From assembly GCA_002633005.1 (NCBI GenBank), contig NMRA01000003.1:2344075-2408074 (forward strand): DNA of 64,000 nt, read 5' to 3'. Positions 12,464 to 24,955 of this stretch are shown here, piece after piece (position 1 is the stretch's first letter; the number at the start of each line of letters is the position of its first letter). This DNA is from Phoronis australis. Taxonomy: Eukaryota > Animalia > Phoronida. The position numbers and the translations under genes were made by a program. The notes beneath the pieces were generated by a model. That model was not told the DNA's origin, searched no databases, and saw nothing but the letters and a program-made list of their open reading frames with translations.

Positions 12464-12868
12464 CAGTACTTGTCTGGATTTGCAACCAGGGTGCTTAAAT
12501 TGGAAAATTCAAAAATCAAGGGGTGAGCATTAAGCTACCGAGCATGGGCGCTTAAAAACAAAGTTTCTGAGGAGTAAAGCGTGGGCGCTCACTGGAATGA
12601 TTGATTGGGTTAACGCCCAGGGAGCTACAATTATGTCTGACTTCATATTGGCAATAGGCTTAATGTCCAAAGTGGAGCGGTGACACGTTTTGGGAGCTAA
12701 AATTTGTGCGAGATGGGCATTCACTAAGATACAGGTGCTTTCAATGAAGTCTCAATCGTATAAATTGGGAGTGGGCGTTAAGCCAAGCATGAGCGTTTAA
12801 AAGTGAAGATTTGGAAATTTTGGGGTGGGTGGTAAGCCGCACATGGGCGCTTACCTGGGTGAGTACGG
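12464..12868. mobile_element. Degenerate Tc2-like MITE with GGGGTGGGCG/CATGGGCGCTTA subterminal repeats
   Basis: TA|CAGTACT...GAGTACGG|TA ends. Same subterminal motifs as 54688-55792, with a further fragment at ~39580-39630. Confidence 0.65.
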
Positions 12869-14729
12869 TAGAACAAGTAGGTTGTTCTTGGCTGGAATTT
12901 AGATACTGATTCACCTGGTGGGAACTGTAATGTAATAAAGTAATCCATTGACTTGCTGATTGTGTCAGCCAATACTTGATTGATCATCACATGCTTACCA
13001 TCAACATTCGCATTTCATATTTTTTGCTGTCTCCGGGGTATTTCTGTTAAAGACAACTTTGCTTTAATATCATAAAATATATCTTGGTTTTGTCTTGAAG
13101 AGTTTTTTATAGCATTTGTACCAGAAATTACAGTAATGATTTTTGATGTCGAGAAAGCAGTATTATTGTCTTGGTTTATAATTTTCTTACCAAAACATGA
13201 ACCAATAAAATTGTGTGCTGTTCTTTTGTAATTAAACATTTTCATAAACTATAAGTTATCTATCCATCATCAAGTAGTGGATTATCTTTTACTAGATTGT
13301 TTGTGTAGAATGAGAGCTGATGTGTGCGCATGTGTGTTTGGGTGCGTGTGCGCATGTGTAAAACTGTTCGGTAGTGCTGGGCAAACCACAGTCACTGTAA
13401 TGATGAAATATTGCTTAATTCTTAGACATGGGTGGGCAATATTGGCTGGGTGATTGTCATCTCTTAGTAAACTGGAAACATATAGGTTTTACTACAGTAA
13501 CAGTTCTTAATTTGTGAGATCTTTGTTTAAGTGTTCGCCTGTCAAAAGGTACTGCTCAACTGGGAGTAAAGTTCAAATGTTCTAATTGTTAACTAGCAGT
13601 TGAAGCTGGCAGACATACTAGACCACTAGATGAACGCGTTCACTTGTATTGTTTCTTAAGAGGGTTCGTCTCGGTTTTGGTTTCTTTTAAATTTTCATGT
13701 TTTGTATTTTGGTCTAATTAAATTGCTGATTGAGATCCTTTAGAAATGATTAATTTTGTTGCGCACAATTTTAATTTCATGTTTTTATGGCTTTGATTAT
13801 ATTTTCCAGTTTATTGGTTTTCTTAAGACAGCTTGAAAACTATATTTTTTTCTGAATTTTGGATAACTCAAATTTTAGCGTTTTAGCTTCTACACAGAAA
13901 GGTGTACCATTAATTTTGCCTTTTGTTTTTATTTTGATGCCCATTGCGTTTTGTGTGAAATAATTTGAAAGTAGGGTGTTAATATTTATTTTTTTAGCTT
14001 ATTTTAGCTCAGACGTCTCACAAAATAATGAAATTAGTCCTTCTCAAAGGCATTCAAACTTATGGTTCACTCTTTGGCAAAAAATGTTGTGGTCTGCTCC
14101 CTGACTCATTTTGACACTTGCACTCACTGACAAAAAATGTTCGCCAGCCTCAGTTTCAGCCAATGTCTTGTTTGTTTGAAAAGCTGCACAGAGGCTAATA
14201 AACGAAGGTACACAAGGTTTAAAATGCTGTGATTTGCCAAGTGATGAGTCTTTGATCATCTCTGGTAGAATTTCTTTTCTGAAAAAATGAGCAACTAAAT
14301 GTCACACTATCAACTTGATTTTCAAAAAAAAGACCCGAGTCATCTATGTTTTCTGGCCGTGTCCCATTGCGTTTCGCTATGCAGTTATTATGTTATGTTG
14401 TTGAGATTCATTGTGAAATAAGTTCAGTTGTTCTTAACAATAAAAAGTTTAAGAGCAGTTAACGGTTAGAACATATTTTTGATTAGCAAGATAACTGGTA
14501 GACTGCTGGCTTTCCCCACTAGACCAGACTAAAAACGTGTGAAGCTGTGTGCTTAAAGCATTTTCTTGTGGGAGCGACTTAACATATGCTTGGGCCTTGT
14601 CTGTTTTATTTGTTTGGGAATAGTATTGAATGAAACTGCCCTAGTCGACTTCTGACAACTAGCAACTTGACTAGAGACATGTGACGAATCTCATTCACTG
14701 ACCACATCAGACATTTCCAACAAAATTTC

Positions 14730-14840
14730 TACGANTGCGACCTGGCATTTACGAATGCGAGCTGGATTTTGAAAATGCGACCTGGGATTTTGGCTAGGTC
14801 GCAAAATGCGACCTGGCGATTTGAATAGCGTCGAGCCCTG
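14730..14840. mobile_element. Terminal fragment of a hAT-like element
   Basis: Ends GAGCCCTG (CAGGG-type TIR) with four to five TGCGASCTGG subterminal repeats. The other end was not found; there is a single N at 14735. Confidence 0.55.
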
Positions 14841-16461
14841 TACCTTGGTCCTAAGACGTAGTGACTTTGCTCTAAACCTCTAGACCATGAGACTCTCAAT
14901 TCAGAAACTGTAATTTAGAAGAGCTATCTGCGACTCCACGTTGCAAACGGAAGTCACATGTCATTTTATTCGGTGAAATGTACAACTGTACGTTTCCAAA
15001 AGTAAGATTATCGGACTCCCAAGCAAGGGTTTACGCAGCGGCCGTCTGTTGGACGGCCAGAATGTTATTTTGACAGGTTCGATGGGATCGGTCAGAATTA
15101 AGAAAGTGCTGGCAAAATTTAAAAAATCTTGAAATGATGACCACTTTCTCAATATTAACGGCTGGCCAGCAGTCGCTCAAAGAAATGGGCCATCAGTAAT
15201 ATCAGAAATGAGAAATTTAATGCACAAAAAGTGCTTTCTTAGCACTGTTTTCAATATTCCGTGTGCCCCGTGACACAGATCGGTGTAACCGGCAGCTCAG
15301 CACACCTATCAATAAAAACGCTTTCGACAAGTTTCTTTGGCTGATCCAATATTTATGATTGCACCCTGTTAAAAACTGGCAAGCCGTTGCAACTTTTCAC
15401 TATGTCTGTCCCTGACGTTTGCGTTTCCAGGGGGAGTAATTCTGGGATTTTGCACTGCAGCGTCATCTGCGGTTTCCGGCATGACTGACATGCTGTTAGG
15501 TATGTTAGGTATTCCTGCTAGGGGGCAGTTTTGAGTTTTATCGAGGAGTTCTAGTTGGTCGCCGATGGTGAGCAGACGTGTGTCACGATTTATCTGAATG
15601 CTGAAGCTGGACTTCATGTTTTCTTCATAGTTTCTAAATACTGAGTGTTTTTTTTTGTGGTGAGCCTTTGTTACAATGGGGACAGCAGCGTCTTGTGTAT
15701 GGAACTTGACTGTGTTATCTTGGTGGACTGGTGGAGTCAACGGAACACGTGAGGATGCCTTGGTGATGAAGACGGAAGATGACGCAAGTTTTAAACTGTT
15801 GGTGCTGACGTTTGACCCTGTCTTCGTCCCAAGTTTTGCGTAACTTGTTATCATGTTTGTAAATATGTAAATAGATCTGGATAACTGAAAAGTGGTTCTT
15901 TTTGTTTATTTTACCGTAACACATGTGCATTTTACGCTTTTAATCATGTCGTATGCCGCGCAAAGGCCTAAAGAACTTGAGAATTACAGACATTGATTCA
16001 TATGCTGGTACGACAAATAATCCACCTACAGATACGGACCGTGGTGATAACGCGGCCAGTCAACGAAGCGCAAATACCCGTGTAATTAATGAACGATGCC
16101 GAATCTTTCGATCAACAAAGTACCGACAAGTTGCCGACAACATCGGACATCATACTACCCAATGTCTGTTAGAAACTGCTCATGTGATATCATAGACATA
16201 CATAGCCTTCACAAATTACATGTTTTTCCAATCTTAACCCTTGTTTGTCTCCATAAGCAGAGTTTTGCAACGGTCGCTGAAATTGCTGGCCATTTTGAAT
16301 GAGGCCCTCAAGACGGAAATACACGAAGTAAGACCACACAAATCAACTACAGTGCTTGCAGTTACTCTAGATGACATAAGAGCACATTGCATTGTTTATT
16401 AATTCAGTTTCAATTGAAATAAATTATGTCTTTTGCACCCAACTTCACAGACCTTTTTTAA

Positions 16462-17293
16462 AGGAGGTTGTTTTCGTAAAACGCTAAGAACCCAGCATAA
16501 ATTATCTCTCTGTATTTTATTGCTTTGGCCTTACAAAACTTGATTGACCCTGGGAGATTTTGATACATTATTCAAGCCATCCCTGGAGCACATGTTACAG
16601 CAAATCTGAATGATTTTTAGTATCGAAAATATATTCTGAAAATGCACAAAAAAGTGGATTAGTGAAATATGCTGTTTTATGATACATTTTAAAAAAGCCA
16701 CCCATTCACTGTTTATTTTAATATTGTGAATATCAATGCTCTGGGTATTCGTTTGACGTTCGTGAGCAGACGACTGTTGGAAACTTCAACGCTGGATGTT
16801 GCAGGACCACGCAGAAGCGGAAATAAGATCGTTTATGACTTTAGAGCAGTCACAACTTTAGGACCTCTGACGGTACCTATATTCAAGATGGTGGACGAAG
16901 TCGTGGTCGTGGACTCGTATGTTGGACAATTCTGCAAGAAATCTTAATTTCTGGCCGTGTAAAATCATGGATGTACCGACTTTTTGACGTTGAATTCTGA
17001 CTAACATTATGAGGGTATTGACTATGAACGTTGTGCAAGACAGGAGATTGAGAGAAAACAAAGGCTCGACTGTCAGAAACATGTATGGTAAAAATGCGAC
17101 TCGTTTTACCAACTTAGACACTGTATTGTCTTTATTCAGACTGTCAGCTTCGTGGAAGAATGGACGTTGCTGCTGAAATCTTTACCTCCGTGATATAGTT
17201 TTTGGACTTAGTAGACAGTAGTATGAATGTCACATTCTTTTTTGAGTAAATTATTCCATATACTGTTTGAAACATGTCTGTATAGACTTCCCT
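16462..17293. mobile_element. Kolobok-like non-autonomous element 1 (left boundary tentative)
   Basis: TTAA|AGG...CCT|TTAA. The right ~290 bp has an independent dispersed copy at 9176-9460. TIR match beyond AGG is poor. Confidence 0.5.
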
Positions 17294-17590
17294 TTAAAAG
17301 GGGACTGTAGTCAAAATAATGTTGCAGTTAATCGGTTCTAACATACAAATAAAACTCACATTTGCCTGACTTGCGTGCCAAACTAAAGCCAATTCGAATT
17401 CATGGTCAAAACACTGAATTCTGAAAGCGATCGCTGATTGGCTGATGTGTCAGTGACGTGAACGGCGGGGTATCGGCTGCTTTACACATTCATTGCTTAT
17501 GTCATATTTGAAGAGTTTACATCGTAATTTATCATTGTATCAATCGTCCTTATTTTTTATTGTTTGCTACAGTGCTGTAAAAGGTTCGCT

Positions 17591-17671
17591 ATGCCTTTTT
17601 GTATGGCACCTGGTTGCTCAAACTCTTCGAAAAAGGCGTCTTCTAAAGGGATGGTCATCGCATACCATCGC
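17591..17671 (+). pseudogene. Truncated THAP zinc-finger N-terminus, MPFCMAPGCSNSSKKASSKGMVIAYHR
   Basis: MPxCxAPGCSN...(F/Y)H pattern of THAP domains, preceded by a splice acceptor (ttgtttgctacAG). The remainder of the domain is absent. Confidence 0.65.
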
Positions 17672-18504
17672 CGGGTTACCCAAGCCTTGGCCCAAAGCTC
17701 AGTGTATACTAGATATAGACCTACAGGTTTAAGCCGATATGGGTAAAAAATGTACAAATAAAATCTGACTCAAATAAATGTCATTAAAACTAAGTCATCC
17801 TTGAGTAAACCTAGGAAACAGGTTCCTAGAGTAAACTAACTTCTGTATTTACCGGTGTTGGAAATGTTAGCGATCGTTCATCGGCTGGTGCTAGTAAAAT
17901 TGTGATGTGTTTTCTTGAGTCGGCTTTTTGCGATTACGTCACCTGACCTTTACCAGTTTCTTTTCCCCCTGATTCTTTTATCATGTGTTCGTCGCTGACG
18001 GTACCTAGGTTGCGTACATGTTATAACAAATTATCGGAGCTTGTTTCATTTTGTTTCAAGTTTTTAGTATTTTTACACCAGCAAACCGAATTTTAGAACA
18101 ACCTTGGTGCTGCGAAGCTGTTATGATGTCCCGAAAGACGTCTCAAATTTTTATGAAATGGCGCGTGCGCCGTGTCACGAGCGTACTGTTCTTGAAACGG
18201 ACAACACACTTCTTTGTTAAAAAGGCGGCAAATTATGCTACCAAAGGACGTTTATTTGATTGTTTTCCACTTAAACGGCTGCAACGAACAATGGAAGTGT
18301 CGGGTGACTATATCAGATTTTGCATGCGCCCCCGCCGGTCCGTTAGCTTTATATGTTGATGTAGCCTAAGTTTTACGACGAGGTGACGAGCATAACTGAG
18401 TCAACTATACCCGGGTAGTCAACGGCTGTCTGAAATTTCGGGGTTAACGGAGCTCAACACACAGTGGTACGATAGTCTTCATACAGCTACAGTAGGTAAC
18501 TTAC

Positions 18505-18695
18505 CAACCCTTCAAGTTTACAGAGCTGCCGGAGTATTGGCTGACAGCTGGCTGACTGGATGGCTAGAGTCCACATTGCCCTCGGCACAGTCACTGACAC
18601 CAGTTGCACCGGCAAATTTTCGTCTGACGATGACGATGACTGGGTATCACTTTGTGTTGCCTCGGCTCAAACAGGTATCCCTGGTGACCCGACAT
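18505..18695 (-). pseudogene. Candidate first exon of a KolX / P2X7-ballast-like accessory gene (decayed)
   Basis: ATG at 18695 gives MSGHQGYLFEP, resembling the (P/G)YxFEP N-terminal motif. A Ser/Asp-rich tract follows in a shifted frame. Ends TG|GTAAGT (split Trp codon, 191 nt, phase 2). Internal stops are present. Confidence 0.45.
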
Positions 18696-18941
18696 TTCAC
18701 ACTAAAATTTCTTATTCCGACAATATGAAAAACGCTACTTGATTGCACGCTAACAGAGGACGGTGACTTTACCCCCGCCAAATACGTCACGAGACTAAGC
18801 AGCTCTCCAAGCCGGTAATTTTTTTAGCTTCGTTAGAGAATATAAGTTTAATTTTTGGTGTTGAATTATTTGTGAAATTAATCAACAATTCATAGAAAAC
18901 TGTCCAGAAATTATTCAGAATAAAATACAGTTCCCTTTTAA

Positions 18942-19228
18942 AGGTGAAGGCAACCCTTTTTCATGTCATTTTTAGCAAAAGTAAGGTTCTTTGATTATGC
19001 CAGATATATTTTTCATTTAATTACAACTTTTTGTAATTTGAACAATTACTTGTCCTTTACTCCGGAAGTGACGTTTTGTGAGGCAAGTATTTCGCGCCAA
19101 TTTCTTTTCATGTAGTCTAACTGTGAGAGCTTCCGAGTCAGTCATTGTTCTACCTTTGTTGTGATTAGTTCGGTCATCGTTTGCTTTTGTTTATGAGTCA
19201 GTCAACATGCCACACTGTTGTTGCATGG
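18942..19228. mobile_element. Kolobok-like element 3, single terminal arm of the 24956-26221 family
   Basis: TTAA|AGGTGAAGGCAACC... aligns over ~285 bp with both arms of 24956-26221. Truncated where a HINE fragment begins. Confidence 0.85.
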
Positions 19229-19229
19229 C

Positions 19230-19680
19230 ATTCCTAGTCGCAATTTCATTTTATTCTGTTTTCCTTTGTTTCTCTGAAGTTCCTTGACCGATTTCTATGA
19301 AATTTGGTGATTAGCTTTCTATTAAAGAAGCAATGACATGTTCCCGTTTTCGGATGGATTGTATGTTTTTGCACCATCTAGTGGCCATTTTTATGACACG
19401 AATAAGCAACCCTAAAAGCACACCATTTGCGATGCATTTGTGGGCGCATTTCAACGCTCCGCATTGCTCTTGTTTTCACTTCCTCTGTTTCTTGAAGTTC
19501 CTTTACGTATTTTTATGATATTCAGTAAATAGCTTTCTATTAAAAAACGATGACATCATCCCGTTTTCGAATGGATTGGACATATTTTGCGCCATCTAGT
19601 GATACAAATAAACACCCCTAGAAGCACACCATTTGCGGTGCATTTGTGGGCGCATTTCAACTCTCTGCTTAGCTTTTGTC
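19230..19680 (+). mobile_element. Helentron-associated (HINE/DINE-1-like) fragment with a duplicated 3' end
   Basis: Two tandem copies of the last monomer plus 3' module (tgtgggcgcatttcaac...ctYttgt), matching the 3' ends of 45961-47027 and 58607-60301. Confidence 0.8.
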
Positions 19681-22232
19681 TATAAATTCAGGAATCTTGA
19701 GGTTAAGAATATTGTTAGCATGTCATTTCAGCTTGTCTGGCTTAAATACACTTGTATGCCAACACAACACAACTGAGTTCCTGGCTTTTACCAACAGTCT
19801 CCATTTCAGTGGGAATTTTAACTAAATGTCAATTCAGTAATAATGTCCCCTGCAAAAAGAAAGAGTGTTGCATTGTGGGGGATAAAATCCGTTAATATGT
19901 AGTTTGATGTTCAGAAATCACAGTTCTTAGTTTGGCAATCGATTTAATAATCCTTGAAAACTTTTTAGAGTCACAAAAACCTTGAAAATTATGCACTTAT
20001 GTACAGTAGCAATGGCAACAGATATGTTAGTAACTAACACTTGCGACCGGTGAGTCCACTGATATATGTCACTTAAAGGAAAACAATCTGAGTGACATTA
20101 AAGCATAAGTTTTGTCATGGGGGGATACCCAGTCCTTTTGGACAATCGCGATGCAAGGTGTCCTAATTGGCAGGTGACCTCACAAAACGAAATGATTTTC
20201 ATGTAATTAAATGAACAAGCTGAAGTACTGAGAGCAGTAATGGCGTTAATAAACATGCAGGTTTTCTCAGGTGCACTGAAATTAAATCTGCATTCGGAAT
20301 TTATGTTTCCAATTTAGTTTAGCTGCAAAAAGTTGGACTGCCACGTTTTAAGCTTCAATGCAAATAAACACTTTCGATTACTCCCTCTAATTGGACAAAA
20401 TTGGGGTTAAACTTCTTATAATTGAAATGCTAAATGAGGTAACTGGGAAGTTTTTGATTATTGGTTGGAATGTTTAATTGCTAATCAGTCATTCTCATTT
20501 TTCAACGGAAATCAGTTACCTGCCTGAATGAACCAAAATGCCAAGAAGCATTAAAGATTAAAATTGATACATTTGACGATAAACTTTAGAATTTTAATAT
20601 TTTTGCAATGTTGAAGGGCTTGAGACAAGGCTACATTTTGACGACAACCAAATTTAACAAAAAATTGGCTTTATAGGCACGTCATTTTGGTGGTAATTTT
20701 GAGCAATTTTAGGAATAAAAACTAGAAATGTCAATCATATGTTTTGTTTCTTCTTCCTATTCTTTTTCTTTGTTAAAATGGACATCAGATTCATCTCATG
20801 TTTCCAATATACTACAGTGTAACCTCATTGCATGCTTGTGTAAAGATTTCTGGATTGAAGTCATGGACTTAAGGTGTTTGGAAAGTAGGTATACTGACCG
20901 CAGTGTTCGAAAGTGTAAGGCAGACACTGCTGCCTGTTTTTTTTTTTTGATGTCATGAAATAAAGCCAAGTTCTCGTACGGAAGAGCTGTTTCATGGAAG
21001 AGCAGAGTAGTTATTGACTGGTATTTTTGTACAATTAAGACGCAGATAGCATGCAGTTCACAGATATTTTAGTCTGATTCATTGCTTGAAATATGTCGTT
21101 ATCTTTACAAAAGAAACATTGTTGATTTTGGCTTGAATAAACGAGATAAATCCATGCAAAATAGATTTTATTTTACTGTATATACATGCATATATAAATA
21201 ACATACATTGGGAGAGCTGGATACAAACCAACACATAAAAAGCATGTTCAAAGTGTAAATGAATTAACAAAACCCTGTTAGTGGAGAGTCTAACTATTGT
21301 TTAGAGTTTAACTTCCAATATTGGCTCAATGCCAATGTTTCATGTAAAGATCCATCTTGATTTACCAGCCACTTAATGTTATTCACTGTGCTCTCACTTT
21401 TTGCAAAACTTGTCAACCACCAAAACTTGTCAATCCCCAAAACTTGTCACTGGTTAGTTTCTTCTGGCCAAAGCAGCATGCTTGTCAGGGGACTATTACA
21501 CGCCATATTGTCATAACCAGTTTCATTTCAAATAATCAAAGAATGCCACAACATTGCAGTGGAAGAACAAATGAGTGAAAAAGTTGAGGCATGTAACTTT
21601 ACTTGTCTGTTCCATGAAAGATGACTTAAGACTTACATTTGAAAATTGACTTGCGCTCTACTCAACAATTTCAGAAAAGTAATAAAATCTCACTTGAGTA
21701 CAAAAGTGCAGTTTCTAAAAATATACACATGAGTGTTAGGTGTTGGGATATTCCTTTATCTTCTTTTAGTCCATGACGCACTCATGATTTATTAGCTGAA
21801 CCCTATTTTAGCAATTGTGAAGAGGGAGGTAAGACCAAATATATCTGTCTTACATATCTGAAGACATTTACATGAAACAGATCCCAGAGGGTAGTTTATG
21901 GCGGCTTAATAATGTGTAGGTATTAGCACAATCAAATAAAATTGTACCTTTTATGAAGTTGCCTATTGGTTTCTCTTACAATTTTGATAGTTCGGGTTGA
22001 TTGCCGTTAATGCATGATTGTTTCTGAGTTTTATGCTCATTAATCAATCAGAAAATGTCCAAATCTTCTAATGTACTGGAATGATAAGACTGTTTATAAT
22101 GATAAGTGAAAGCTGCCTGTCATGCTTGTTGATGATGTTATTACTTTTAATGCTTGGAATGTAGTTTAGTCACGGAGCTCTCATTAAAGTCAAAGTAAAT
22201 TGCATGAGTTATGCAAAATTAGTCACGGATTA

Positions 22233-23068
22233 GGGTAAAATATCACCAGTTTAAGACAGTGTGGCATACTAGTGAATTTAAAAAAAATTTCAAAAGAGAT
22301 TAGTGGCCTCAAATAAATGCTTCATCGTTTTAAAGTTCTGTACCATAACTACTAACAGACAATGTTTTGAGTTGTGGGCATTCACAACATTAAAAGCGTT
22401 CAAAAGATTAAAAATCTTGGTTTTGGCTATTATGTTGGTCCAGAATTGGCAAAATTGTATCCTGCTTTGCTTCCAACAACATTTCTGTAAATAGCACATG
22501 CCAGAACAGCGTAGTAAGCTGGGTGGGTTGACTGTGGGAGTGCACAATTTTGGCAAGAGTCACTTATAGAGGTACCCCATTTTGAGAACAATTTCATCAA
22601 TATTACGAGTAGTCAGTCCATTGAGAATTTGAAGTCTGCTGTTCTTAGGGTTTATTTTAATACTCCCTATTCTCTATCTTGCAGCCATTATTTATTTGGA
22701 CCCATGTCTATATTGTATATTGTTTCTGTACAATGTATATGCAGTATTATGGCACTCTGTCTCTCATTAGCTTTTATTATTTGAAATATCATTTATAATC
22801 TGAATCATTCGACATAGTAGATTTCATTGTTTTAATTAATTCATTATGGCAAAATCTCGCAAATTTCAGATAAAAAGATTTGCCAAATAACCATTTTTCA
22901 AACGTTGTGAAAGTTTGTCATTTTTCAAAATATTGTTTAGTGGTAGCTATGGTGCAAACCTTGAACACGTACAAGCATTACTTCATTGCTACATATCTTG
23001 TGGGAAAACTGAAAAATAAAATTTTATTTGTTCACCATATTATGTCCTATATTAATGAGGTTTTACTT
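22233..23068. mobile_element. Two oppositely oriented copies of the CAGTAAAA pogo-like MITE (~22233-22430 and ~22846-23068)
   Basis: gtaaaatatcaccagttt start and ttcaccatattatgtcc...gaggttttact end match the 1369-1600 family. Confidence 0.55.
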
Positions 23069-23593
23069 TTACAATCATTGGCAATGTTATGCAAAATTTA
23101 ATATGCTTGTTAGCTATTTTCGCTTATTGTAATTCTATATTCAGGAAAATCTGTCAAATCTTGGCTGCTGTGCTTGCATAGCCGTGAAGCATTATGGCTT
23201 TGCTTTGGCTCCAAACTGACGTCTTTTGAATTCGGTTTGATCAAAAAGTATTGTAACAACTGGTTTTGTATGAAATTAGGTGCTCATTGAAATGACTTTT
23301 TGAGTTGTACTGATAGTACATATGCATATGGATACATATAGTTAATTTTAACAAAAAATCATGTGGTCTTAAGATTTACAAAATATTGAGTTTTGAACTA
23401 AAGAAGTTTCCATCATTGACGTCTCTTGTTAACATGGTCCTAGATGAACCGGGACACAATCGGAATGTTGTTGGGTCTGTTTGTTACATGTGATCAGAAT
23501 CACAGTTTCAACGTCCAACTCCGTAATGTTCAGAAGTTACCACCCAAATCTTAAAACTGTGTTGGTCTAATGACTACTTTCAATTTGTCTCGA

Positions 23594-24045
23594 AGCCCTT
23601 TCATACTAACGTCGACGCGTCGATGTTTTGGGGAGTTGTGGTCAGTATGAACAGTTAACTTACAGTCCTGGATTGAAGTTAACAGCGGCATGAACAGTGG
23701 ACTCCAGTCTCATCGAAGTTATCACCAGGGCCACTGCTATTATCAACAATTAAAGGGCAGTATCGTCGCTAATAGTTGCTTATATTTTGCTCGAATAATC
23801 ACCAATAAAATTAGAAATAAGTTTTTTGTCAATTAGCACAGGTGAATGTTTACAAATTGTCACATTAAAAAATCTTAGCACGCATGGGATGCATCCATTC
23901 TACCTTGGGATTACTTCAACGACTACAGCATCACATACAGTTTAGTTTGATGCCATTAACTACCGAACCTGGTATGAACGATTCAACTTCGCAGTTTATG
24001 TCGACTCTCCGCTCTTACCGGAGTTAAGTTAGTATGAAAGGGCCT
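23594..24045. mobile_element. PIF/Harbinger-like MITE, copy A
   Basis: TIR GCCCTTTCATACTAAC / GTTAGTATGAAAGGGC. Body aligns with 49688-50169. Confidence 0.85.
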
Positions 24046-24955
24046 TCAAACAGCCTAGTCTGATGTTGTGATCAGTGGTTCCATTTGATAACAGTATTGG
24101 TTGGAACCGCTTTTTTAGATGAGAATTTTGTTCGTTTCATTCAGACATTGTCTACTTGCACAGTTACCTGCATTATTGCTTGGGATTATACAGTCTAGAC
24201 ATGTGGGTGTATGGACTGCCAACTCTGTATATTCTCAATGCACAAGATCTCTTGATCTGGCGTACAATACTGTATTTTCTATTGGCCACAATGTCATTAT
24301 TCACCCGTGACGCCTAGAGTAGCGGCCAGTTTTACTTCGGGCAAGTATGTGCTCACTAGAAGCTGGTATGTGTATTGGAAGAGAGTGGCGCCTTCTCTGG
24401 GAATTCTACTGGAAGTATCAGAGTTGCAAATCTTTTGCTTGTGATCTGTGGTGATATGTGGTGATCTGTGGTGATCTCATGTATCTGTAATAGACTTGCC
24501 ACCTGCATGCAAGATGTTACAGTGAACAAAAGGTGCCATATGTCATACTAATTATCACGCAGGCTTAGCTAAAAGCACATTAAAATACTCCACCATACCA
24601 CTTTGTGGCTTATCACATCTCTGACGTCACCCTAAAATAAAACGTTTCCATCATTGGTGATTAAAACCTGAGCTAGATTACATTTGTCTTCAACCAAAAA
24701 AACTTACTTTTGGTTTAATCCACATGCATGCAGGAAATATGAATGGCCTTGATCCTTACTCATAATCAGAAGTGGTTTCTTGGCTTTGGAAGAACCAAGA
24801 ATTCTGTGTTGAGGCTAGACTCAACATGTTAGCTTATCAAATTGCAGAGCTTGGTGTCAATAGCAGCCACGATTCTCCGTGAAAAGGCCAAAAAAGGCAT
24901 ACCAGTTGATTCTGGTGTGTCGCAAAATGATGCAGGATTTTTTTTACTTAACTAA

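Larger units (their letters stand above)
17298..18937. mobile_element. Kolobok-like non-autonomous element 2 with THAP and KolX-like stubs
   Basis: TTAA on both sides. TIRs AAGGGGACTGTA and AAGGGAACTGTA (purine-purine termini, unlike the CCC termini of piggyBac). Internal coding stubs listed separately. Confidence 0.8.

Noticed and set aside
15369-15854. 161-aa minus-strand ORF as a protein-coding gene
   Set aside because: No recognisable motif, a non-ATG start, and the splice signals here are on the opposite strand.
17294-18941. piggyBac assignment for the TTAA-flanked elements
   Set aside because: Termini are AG/AA...CT/TT rather than CCC...GGG, and the THAP stubs fit Kolobok.
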